Source: an uncultured bacterium
GTDB taxonomy: Bacteria; CAYUVA01
Assembly (NCBI GenBank): GCA_964448115.1
Contig: CAYUVA010000003.1
Coordinates: forward strand, 124,001 to 153,182
DNA: 29,182 bases
Direction of reading: 5' to 3'
The notes beneath the pieces were generated by a model that worked only from the letters and a program-made list of their open reading frames with translations, did not search any database and had not been told where the DNA came from. Position numbers and translations under genes: made by a program. Positions 10,712-18,344 of this stretch are shown one piece after another; position 1 is the stretch's first letter; each line of letters begins with the position of its first letter.

Positions 10712-11131
10712 TTATAACCCTCCTTGTTGTCTAATTATGAACTTGGTCTTTATGGGGAGCTTCGCGGAGGCGAGCTGAAGCGCTCTCCTGGCTCTCTCCT
10801 CGCTAACCCCATCGACCTCGTAGAGCACTCTTCCAGGCTTTACAACCGCTACCCATCCTTCCGGGTTTCCTTTGCCTTTACCCATACGGGTTTCAGCCGG
10901 TTTTTTGGTGATCGGCTTATCGGGGAAGATCCGAATCCACAGTTTTCCACCTCTGCGTAATGACCTGGTGATAGCTATACGGGCTGCCTCGATCTGCCTA
11001 TTCGAGATCCAACCAGGCTCTTGAGCCTTGAGACCATAGGAACCGAAGCTCAAGCTATTTCCCTTGCAGGCTTGTCCCTTCATCCTCCCCTTTTGGGCTT
11101 TACGGTATTTTGTCTTACTCGGTTGCAGCAT
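10712..11131 (-). CDS. rplP: 50S ribosomal protein uL16
   Basis: [50 protein letters not shown]. Confidence 0.99.
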   Translation of the reverse strand: MLQPSKTKYRKAQKGRMKGQACKGNSLSFGSYGLKAQEPGWISNRQIEAARIAITRSLRRGGKLWIRIFPDKPITKKPAETRMGKGKGNPEGWVAVVKPGRVLYEVDGVSEERARRALQLASAKLPIKTKFIIRQQGGL

Positions 11132-11137
11132 CGTATA

Positions 11138-11914
11138 TTATTCCTCTTCAATTTTGTTTGGCTTTATAGAGTACCTTCGCGTCTTCTTTATCGGTTCTTC
11201 CTCTTTTTCCAGTGTCTCTTCCTTAACCTTTTCCTCTTCATACTTGGTTGCTAACGGGGTTTCTGTGATCTGAGTCGTCTCCAGTGACGGCATCTTCATG
11301 TCTCCTTTATATATCCAGCACTTGACACCGATCACTCCATAAGTTGTCATCGCTTCAGCGATGCCATAATCTATCTCAGCTCTTAGGGTATGTAGAGGAA
11401 CCCTGCCCTCCAGGTACTGCTCGACGCGAGCCATCTCGGCACCACCGAGCCTGCCGCCAACTCTTATCCTGATGCCCTTAGCCTTATAGCGTAGAGCAGA
11501 TGATACAGCCTTCTTCATGGCGCGACGGAAACTCACCCTTCTCTCCAGTTGCAGGGCGATATTCTCAGCCACCAATTGTGCATCGACCTCTGCGTACTTT
11601 ACCTCTTTTATCTTGATATAGACCGCCTTGCCGGTCATCTTTTCAATCTCTTTTTTCATGTTCTCCACATCCTGCCCTTTTCTTCCGATGATGATCCCTG
11701 GTCGGGCAGTATATATGTAGATTCGAATCTTATCAGGTTGTCTTTCGATCTCTATCTTTGAGATGCCGGCATGGTAGAGCTTATTTTTTATAAAGGCTCG
11801 AATCTTTAAATCTTCATGCAATAGCTTTGCATAACCCTTTTTTGCATACCACTTTGAGAGCCATCCTTTGTTAAGCGAAAGTCGAAGCCCTATTGGATTG
11901 ACCTTTTGTCCCAC
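11138..11914 (-). CDS. rpsC: 30S ribosomal protein uS3 with a charged C-terminal extension
   Basis: [60 protein letters not shown] start. Confidence 0.99.
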   Translation of the reverse strand: MGQKVNPIGLRLSLNKGWLSKWYAKKGYAKLLHEDLKIRAFIKNKLYHAGISKIEIERQPDKIRIYIYTARPGIIIGRKGQDVENMKKEIEKMTGKAVYIKIKEVKYAEVDAQLVAENIALQLERRVSFRRAMKKAVSSALRYKAKGIRIRVGGRLGGAEMARVEQYLEGRVPLHTLRAEIDYGIAEAMTTYGVIGVKCWIYKGDMKMPSLETTQITETPLATKYEEEKVKEETLEKEEEPIKKTRRYSIKPNKIEEE

Positions 11915-11926
11915 TAAAGATCCTCC

Positions 11927-12268
11927 TTATTTCTTTTCATCGCTGAGAACTATTGTTATATGACATGATCTTTTTAGAATCCTCGCTGCCCTACCTTGGG
12001 CGCAGTATCTCAACCTTTTCATCTGGGGAGCTTGATTAACGAAGGCATCGGCTATGATCAGCTCCTCGGGATGTCTAACACCCTTTGCATATCGAGCATT
12101 AGCCATGGCAGATCGCAAGACCTTCTCTATTGGCTGTGCACTAGCCTTGCCACAGAACTTCAGGTAAGCCAGCCCGGAGGCAGCGCTTTTGCCTTTTATC
12201 TTATCTATGACCAGGCGGGCTTTTCGATCAGAACCCCTTATATATTTCGCAACCGCTCTAGCTTCCAT
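11927..12268 (-). CDS. rplV: 50S ribosomal protein uL22
   Basis: MEARAVAKYIR...KARLVID.IKGK, KVLRSAMANA, GRAARILKRSCHITIVL. ATG at 12268 is preferred for SD GGGAG spacing; the ORF extends to 12277. Confidence 0.97.
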   Translation of the reverse strand: MEARAVAKYIRGSDRKARLVIDKIKGKSAASGLAYLKFCGKASAQPIEKVLRSAMANARYAKGVRHPEELIIADAFVNQAPQMKRLRYCAQGRAARILKRSCHITIVLSDEKK

Positions 12269-12294
12269 AATCATCATCTCCCGCTCAGTATTTC

Positions 12295-12582
12295 CTAACG
12301 TTTCCTAGCTGCCCTTTCGGACTTGGTCCCTTTATGCCCCCGAAAGGTCCTGGTGGGAGCGAACTCTCCCAGCTTATGACCAACCATGTTCTCGTTGACA
12401 TGGACTGGAACGAACTTTTTGCCATTATGCACCATAAATGTCAACCCGACAAAGTCAGGTGAGATGGTCGATCTTCGAGACCAGGTCTTGATCGCCTTGC
12501 GATCCCTACTGGCATGTGCTGCCTTGATCTTGCGCAGCAGGTGTTGATCGATAAAGGGTCCTTTTTTTATGGAACGAGCCAC
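12295..12582 (-). CDS. rpsS: 30S ribosomal protein uS19
   Basis: [47 protein letters not shown] start. Confidence 0.99.
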   Translation of the reverse strand: MARSIKKGPFIDQHLLRKIKAAHASRDRKAIKTWSRRSTISPDFVGLTFMVHNGKKFVPVHVNENMVGHKLGEFAPTRTFRGHKGTKSERAARKR

Positions 12583-12584
12583 TT

Positions 12585-13412
12585 CTACTTGCTCCTTCTC
12601 TTGAGGATATATTTATTGCTCGGTTTATTCTTCTTTCGAGTCCTTGCTCCCTTGCTCTTCTTACCCCAGGGGCTGCAAGGATGTCTTCCACCAGAGGCTT
12701 TGCCCTCTCCGCCGCCCATAGGGTGATCTACCGGATTCATGGCAACTCCTCTTACTTTCGGTCTTCTGCCTAGGTGCCGACTCATTCCCGCTTTCCCCAG
12801 GCTTATATTCTCGTGATCGATATTGCCAACCTGTCCTATTGTAGCCCTGCAAGCCTCCGGTACCCTTCTCATCTCACCGGAGGGCATGCGCAGTAGCGCC
12901 ATTCCACCCTCTTTGGCCATCAACTGGACATAAGAGCCAGCGCTGCGGGCTATCTGTCCACCCTTGCCAGGGCGCATCTCGATATTATGAACCAGTGTGC
13001 CAAGAGGAATATTATACAATGGTATCGCGTTGCCGACCTTGATATCAGCCTTTTCATCGCTGATGATCACATCCCCTACCTTTAAACCATGAGGATGCAA
13101 TATATAGCGTTTCTCTCCATCAATATAATGGATCAAGGCTATATTGGCAGAGCGGTTGGGATCGTATTCCACAGCAGCCACCTTGCCCTGGATACCTAGC
13201 TTGTTGCGCTTGAAGTCGATGATACGATATTTTCTCTTTGCTCCACCGCCTCGATGCCGACAGGTGATTCGACCATTGTTATTCCTTCCACCACTCTTCG
13301 GATTAGGCAAAAGCAAGGATTTCTCCGGGACCTTCTTGGTGATCTCCTCGTTTTTACTGGTCGAACGCCACCTCATGCCCGGCGAGGTTGGCTTGTATTT
13401 CTTAAGCGCCAT
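12585..13412 (-). CDS. rplB: 50S ribosomal protein uL2
   Basis: [38 protein letters not shown]. Confidence 0.99.
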   Translation of the reverse strand: MALKKYKPTSPGMRWRSTSKNEEITKKVPEKSLLLPNPKSGGRNNNGRITCRHRGGGAKRKYRIIDFKRNKLGIQGKVAAVEYDPNRSANIALIHYIDGEKRYILHPHGLKVGDVIISDEKADIKVGNAIPLYNIPLGTLVHNIEMRPGKGGQIARSAGSYVQLMAKEGGMALLRMPSGEMRRVPEACRATIGQVGNIDHENISLGKAGMSRHLGRRPKVRGVAMNPVDHPMGGGEGKASGGRHPCSPWGKKSKGARTRKKNKPSNKYILKRRSK

Positions 13413-13420
13413 TTTTCAGC

Positions 13421-13711
13421 TTACTCCCCCTCAAAGAAATCTATTGTATGTCCTTGTGATAGGGAAACGATAGCCTTCTTATAGCTTGATCTTCTTCCCT
13501 CGAATCTTCCCCATCGCTTAGGTTTTCCCTTCATGTTTACAACTCTGACCTTATCGACCTTCACCTTGAAGATATCTTCGATCGCCTTGCGTATCTCGAT
13601 CTTGTTTGCCTTGGGATCAACGATAAACTGTACCTGGTTGGCTTGTTCCTGGCTCAGGGTGGTTTTTTCCGTTATATAAGGTCTGATTATGATCTGGTGC
13701 GCATCCTTCAT
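13421..13711 (-). CDS. rplW: 50S ribosomal protein uL23
   Basis: IIRPYITEKT, ANKIEIRKAIEDIFKVKV, GKPKR, YKKAIVSL. Confidence 0.98.
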   Translation of the reverse strand: MKDAHQIIIRPYITEKTTLSQEQANQVQFIVDPKANKIEIRKAIEDIFKVKVDKVRVVNMKGKPKRWGRFEGRRSSYKKAIVSLSQGHTIDFFEGE

Positions 13712-14337
13712 CTCTTATATGCCTCCTGTATCATAAGCAGCGCTTGTTTGGTTACCAAGAGCGTATCGAAGTTTAGCATGTCGTAAACATTCAATCCTTC
13801 AGCCAACAAGTACTTGCCTTCCTTTAGGTTTCTGGTTGACAGCATTATGTTCTCATCCTTTTGAGATAGGACGATCAGGAACTTGCCCTGATCCGTAAAA
13901 GCACGAACTTTGGATTTTAGCGCTTTTGTAGAAGGTTTGTCAAGGGATATCTTATCGATTACGAATAATTTTCCACTTCTCAGTTTCTCCGAGATGGTAG
14001 ATCGAAAGGCTTCTTTTCGGACCTTTTTAGGGACTTTTATGGAGAAATCCCTGGGTTGGGGTCCGAATGCTACTCCCCCGCCCCGCAGTATAGGCGACTT
14101 TTTCCAAGAGCCCCTTCTTGCCCTGCCTGTTCCCTTTTGTCTATATGGCTTCTTTGTGCTCCCTTTTATCTCGCTGCGCTGCTTGGTTTTAGCAGTTCCA
14201 GTTCTTTTTCGGGCAAGCTGCTGCCGGACCACTATATGCACCAAGTGAGGTTTCTGGCTTACTGCAAAGACTTCCTCTTTAAGCTCCAGGGTATCGACCT
14301 GTTCTTTTTCAAGATTATATACTGGCACCTGTATCAT
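13708..14337 (-). CDS. rplD: 50S ribosomal protein uL4
   Basis: RTGTAKTKQRSEI, KKPYRQKGTGRARRGS, RGGGVAFGPQPRD, LNVYDML. Confidence 0.99.
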   Translation of the reverse strand: MIQVPVYNLEKEQVDTLELKEEVFAVSQKPHLVHIVVRQQLARKRTGTAKTKQRSEIKGSTKKPYRQKGTGRARRGSWKKSPILRGGGVAFGPQPRDFSIKVPKKVRKEAFRSTISEKLRSGKLFVIDKISLDKPSTKALKSKVRAFTDQGKFLIVLSQKDENIMLSTRNLKEGKYLLAEGLNVYDMLNFDTLLVTKQALLMIQEAYKR

Positions 14338-14348
14338 GGCAGTCCTTC

Positions 14349-14993
14349 CTAACTCTTTGTTTTAGTCTTTACGCTTTTTCTGATCCTTACATAGTCCCCA
14401 TTTGCACCAGGAACAGCGCCCTTTAATACCAGCAGGTTTTTCTTTGCATCAACCGAATGAACCCTAAGGTTCAACACCGTAACCTGTTTACCCCCCATCC
14501 TGCCATAGCCGGGATGTCCCTTGAAAACCCTGGATGGCCAAGCGCTAGAGCCAATAGATCCCGGTGCACGATGGCTATGGGAGCCGTGTGTCATGGGACC
14601 TCGACTCCAGCCAAATCGGCGCATGGTCCCCTGGAACCCCTTGCCCTTGGAGATGCCGATCACATCGACATGTTCTCCCTCGGAGAAGATATCGGCTTTT
14701 ATAACATCGCCGACATTGTAGTTATCATTCTCGCCAAGGGGTGCCTCCTGAATCAGCCTACAACCTAACAATCCAGCATTCTTGTGGTGTCCACGCTCCG
14801 GCTTGGTGGTCTGTTTCTCCTTGCTCTTGGGATCGAATCCGAGCTGAAGCGCCTGGTAGCCATCCTTTTGCCTGGTCTTTACCTGAAGAACCGTGCAAGG
14901 ACCAGCCTCGATCACGGTTACCGGGATATGCTCTCCATTGGAACCGAAAACCTGTGTCATTCCTATCTTTTTTCCTAGAATTACATCTACCAT
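14349..14993 (-). CDS. rplC: 50S ribosomal protein uL3
   Basis: GKKIGMTQVF, PVTVIEAGPC, SKGKGFQG, HGSHSHRAPGSIG, KGAVPG. Confidence 0.99.
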   Translation of the reverse strand: MVDVILGKKIGMTQVFGSNGEHIPVTVIEAGPCTVLQVKTRQKDGYQALQLGFDPKSKEKQTTKPERGHHKNAGLLGCRLIQEAPLGENDNYNVGDVIKADIFSEGEHVDVIGISKGKGFQGTMRRFGWSRGPMTHGSHSHRAPGSIGSSAWPSRVFKGHPGYGRMGGKQVTVLNLRVHSVDAKKNLLVLKGAVPGANGDYVRIRKSVKTKTKS

Positions 14994-15003
14994 TTTACAC
15001 CCC

Positions 15004-15315
15004 CTACAGTTTTACCTCGACATCGACCCCGGAGGGCAGATCAAGGCGCATCAATGAATCGATCGTCTGAGGGGTAGGTTCCAGTAAGTCAAGCAGCCTT
15101 TTATGGGTTCTTTTCTCGAACTGCTCCCTGGACTTCTTGTCAATGTTGGGCGATCTTAGCACGGTATATTTCCTGGTAGAGGTCGGCAGTGGTATGGGAC
15201 CGATCACTCTAGCACCGGTACTTTTGGCTGTCTCTGCGATCTCCTGAACCGACTTGTCCAGTAGTTTATGGTCGAAACCCCGTAACTTGATTCTTATCTT
15301 TTGTTGAGCAACCAT
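15004..15315 (-). CDS. rpsJ: 30S ribosomal protein uS10
   Basis: [45 protein letters not shown]. Confidence 0.99.
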   Translation of the reverse strand: MVAQQKIRIKLRGFDHKLLDKSVQEIAETAKSTGARVIGPIPLPTSTRKYTVLRSPNIDKKSREQFEKRTHKRLLDLLEPTPQTIDSLMRLDLPSGVDVEVKL

Positions 15316-15335
15316 GGCTCGCTCTCCTGTTTATA

Positions 15336-17420
15336 TTATTTCGTTTTGGTTATGTTCGATAGCTCCATCAACTCCTCCATAACCGCCTGGGTTGTCCGTT
15401 TATAGCTATGGAACTGGGAGTGAAATACAGCCCTGCCTTGGGATCTTGAACGAAGTGCATTGGCATAATTGAACATCGAAGCCATAGGTACCAGGGCGTT
15501 TATTACCGCTGCGCTGCCTCTATTTTCCATGCTCTGTATCCTTCCCCGCCTGCTTACCAGGTCATTGATTATGTCGCCCATGAATTCCTGGGGACTTATC
15601 ACCTCGACATGCATAATAGGCTCCAGGATCACCGATTCAGCCTTGCGCAGGGCATCTTGTATAGCCATTGAAGCAGCTATGCCAAAAGCCTGTTCCGATG
15701 AATCGACCTCGTGGTAGGTGCCATCCAGGATATCCACCTGCAGGTCGATCACCTGGTAGCCACCGAGAAGCCCTGTTTCTAAAGCCCCCATTGCTCCTTT
15801 CTCGATTGCAGGTATGAACTCGGAGGGTATGGCACCGCCTCTGACCTGGTTGGTAACCTTGATGCCCGAGCCGCGTGGCAGGGGGCTTATCTGTAGTATC
15901 ACATGCCCGTATTGTCCCTTGCCTCCGCTCTGGCGGACGAACTTGCCTTCTCCTTTTGCCAAGGTAGTTATGGTCTCCTTATATGCAACCTGGGGAACTC
16001 CGGTATTGGCTTGCACCTTGAACTCTCGTTTCAGCCGGTCAATAATGATCTCGAGGTGCAGCTCCCCCATCCCGCAAATAAGGGTCTGCCCGGTCTCGGC
16101 ATCCTTGCGCAGCTTCAAGGAAGGATCATCAGCACAGAGTTTGTGCAACGATTCGGTTAATTTATCCTGATCTGACTTAGACTTAGGTTCAATCGCAACC
16201 GCAATGACCGGCTCCGGAATATTGATATTGCCAAAGATGACCTTTCTATTCGGGCTACATATCGTGTCTCCAGTCCTGGTTGCCTTGAAGCCGACCAGGG
16301 CGGCGATATCACCGCTGAATACCTGCTGGATATCCTCTCGGTGGTTGGCGTGTATCTTTAATAACCTATTTGTGCGCTCTAAGACCCCCTGGTTGGTGTT
16401 TATGACCGTATCTCCCTTCCTCAGCGTTCCGGAGTAAACCCTGAAAAAGGAAAGATAGCCGACATAGGGATCGTTCATTGTCTTAAAGATAAAGGCTGCC
16501 AGCGGTTCCGAGTCATCGGGGGTGCAGGTTACCGTCTCCAGCGTTTGAGCATCTTTACCCACCACCGGTGGTATATCCAATGGTGAGGGAAGATAATCGA
16601 TAACTGCATCGATAAGGTTTTGGACACCTTTATTCTTGAAGGAGGAACCGCATAATACGGGGACAATCTTATGATCTATCGTATTGTTTCTTATTATTTC
16701 TTTTATCCTGGGGATCGATATCTGTCTTTGATGGAAGTAGTCATCGAGCAACCGATCGTCCAGCTCGCAAAGTGCTAGCATCATGTTTTCTCGCCATCTC
16801 TCAACCTCTGCAACCATATCTGGCGGGATCTCGAGCTTATCGAACTTGAAGCCGAAGGTGGTATCATCGAATACATACAATTTCATCTCTATGAGGTCGA
16901 TAATGCCCTTGAAGTCATCCTCAGCCCCATAAGGTATCTGCAGCGGGACTGGATTAGCTTTCAGTCGCTCCCTTATCATCTCGACAGCAGCATAGTAGTC
17001 TGCGCCCAGGCGATCCATCTTGTTTATATAAGCCAGCTTGGGGATGCGATACCTGTCCGCCTGTTGCCAGACGGTCTCAGATTGAGGCTCCACGCCACCG
17101 ACGGCACAAAATACGGCGACTACGCCATCGAGCACTCTCAATGAGCGCTCGACCTCAATGGTAAAATCGACATGACCAGGCGTGTCAATTATGTTGATTC
17201 GATGATCCTTCCAGAAGCAGGTTGTAGCTGCCGAGGTGATGGTTATACCCCTTTCTTGCTCCTGTTCCATCCAGTCCATCACCGCCGTGCCCTCGTTGAC
17301 CTCACCCATTCTCCTGGAGACCCCCGTATAGAATAACACCCTCTCGGTAGTAGTGGTCTTGCCGGCGTCTATATGCGCCATGAAGCCGATGTTTCGTATT
17401 TTTGATAGTGGGTGTCTCAT
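15336..17420 (-). CDS. fusA: Elongation factor G (str-locus copy, moderately divergent)
   Basis: G1 [11 protein letters not shown]2 [10 protein letters not shown]3 DTPGHVDF, G4 [30 protein letters not shown]. 694 aa, directly after rpsG. Confidence 0.97.
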   Translation of the reverse strand: MRHPLSKIRNIGFMAHIDAGKTTTTERVLFYTGVSRRMGEVNEGTAVMDWMEQEQERGITITSAATTCFWKDHRINIIDTPGHVDFTIEVERSLRVLDGVVAVFCAVGGVEPQSETVWQQADRYRIPKLAYINKMDRLGADYYAAVEMIRERLKANPVPLQIPYGAEDDFKGIIDLIEMKLYVFDDTTFGFKFDKLEIPPDMVAEVERWRENMMLALCELDDRLLDDYFHQRQISIPRIKEIIRNNTIDHKIVPVLCGSSFKNKGVQNLIDAVIDYLPSPLDIPPVVGKDAQTLETVTCTPDDSEPLAAFIFKTMNDPYVGYLSFFRVYSGTLRKGDTVINTNQGVLERTNRLLKIHANHREDIQQVFSGDIAALVGFKATRTGDTICSPNRKVIFGNINIPEPVIAVAIEPKSKSDQDKLTESLHKLCADDPSLKLRKDAETGQTLICGMGELHLEIIIDRLKREFKVQANTGVPQVAYKETITTLAKGEGKFVRQSGGKGQYGHVILQISPLPRGSGIKVTNQVRGGAIPSEFIPAIEKGAMGALETGLLGGYQVIDLQVDILDGTYHEVDSSEQAFGIAASMAIQDALRKAESVILEPIMHVEVISPQEFMGDIINDLVSRRGRIQSMENRGSAAVINALVPMASMFNYANALRSRSQGRAVFHSQFHSYKRTTQAVMEELMELSNITKTK

Positions 17421-17433
17421 CTATGTAAAAATT

Positions 17434-17904
17434 CTACCAGCGATAATGTGCGAATGCCTTGTTGGCTTCAGCCATCTTGTGCGTATCTTCCTTTTTCTTC
17501 ACTGCTAGACCACGATGATTGTAAGCATCGAGCATTTCATCAGCTAGCCTTTGAGCCATAGTTTTTCCGCTCTTTGCCCTAGAGTATCCTATGATCCATT
17601 TTATGCTCAGGCTCAGTTGTCTATGCGGGGGCACCTCAACCGGCACCTGGTATGTTGAGCCTCCAACGCGGCGCGATTTAACAGCTACCTGGGGTTTTAC
17701 ATTATCAATAGCCTTCATAAAGACCTTGAGTCCATTGGTCTTTGTCTTTGCTTCCAGGATATCTATGGCATCATAGAGGATCTTCTCAGCCAGGCTCTTT
17801 TTACCATCCTTCATTAGTGCATTGATGAATCTGGTAACCAACTGGCTGTTGTACTTTGAGTCCGGCGGTACCGGACTTTTTTTGACTACCTTTCGTCTTG
17901 GCAT
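17434..17904 (-). CDS. rpsG: 30S ribosomal protein uS7
   Basis: MPRRK, MKDGKKSLAE, SRRVGGSTYQVPVEV, MAEANKAFAHYRW. Confidence 0.99.
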   Translation of the reverse strand: MPRRKVVKKSPVPPDSKYNSQLVTRFINALMKDGKKSLAEKILYDAIDILEAKTKTNGLKVFMKAIDNVKPQVAVKSRRVGGSTYQVPVEVPPHRQLSLSIKWIIGYSRAKSGKTMAQRLADEMLDAYNHRGLAVKKKEDTHKMAEANKAFAHYRW

Positions 17905-17921
17905 ATCTTAAAGCTCGCTTG

Positions 17922-18302
17922 CTAGGATTTCTTTTCCCTTTTTACTCCGTACTTGGAGCGCCCCTTCTTGCGGTCATCCACTCCTACCGAGTCGTATTTA
18001 CCGCGAACGATATGATAGCGCACACCGGGTAGATCCTTGACACGACCACCTCTTACCAGAACCACTGAGTGTTCCTGGAGGTTGTGTCCTATGCCCGGAA
18101 TATATGCGGTTACCTCGATACCGTTTCTCAGGCGGACACGAGCCACCTTCCGCAGTGCTGAATTAGGCTTTTTAGGGGTGGTGGTATAGACCCTGGTGCA
18201 TACGCCCCGTTTTTGCGGACAGCTTTGCAGAGCAGGGCTTTTGGTCTTCTTTACCACCTTTTTCCTGCTCTTTCTTACCAATTGGTTAATGGTCGGCACC
18301 AT
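17922..18302 (-). CDS. rpsL: 30S ribosomal protein uS12
   Basis: [52 protein letters not shown] points to ATG at 18302 (or GTG at 18299) rather than TTG at 18320. Confidence 0.99.
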   Translation of the reverse strand: MVPTINQLVRKSRKKVVKKTKSPALQSCPQKRGVCTRVYTTTPKKPNSALRKVARVRLRNGIEVTAYIPGIGHNLQEHSVVLVRGGRVKDLPGVRYHIVRGKYDSVGVDDRKKGRSKYGVKREKKS

Positions 18303-18344
18303 TTTTTCTCCTTTTATCAAAATATCTTTTCTAACCTTTAATAG

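Noticed and set aside
18030..18180. Streptomycin-resistance alleles in rpsL
   Set aside because: PKKPNS and RVKDLPG are wild-type at K42 and K87.
18303..18344. AT-rich rpoC-rpsL spacer as a promoter, a terminator or an L7Ae-like gene
   Set aside because: It has only a weak TATTAA, no matching -35, no stem plus U-tract, and is too short for a gene.
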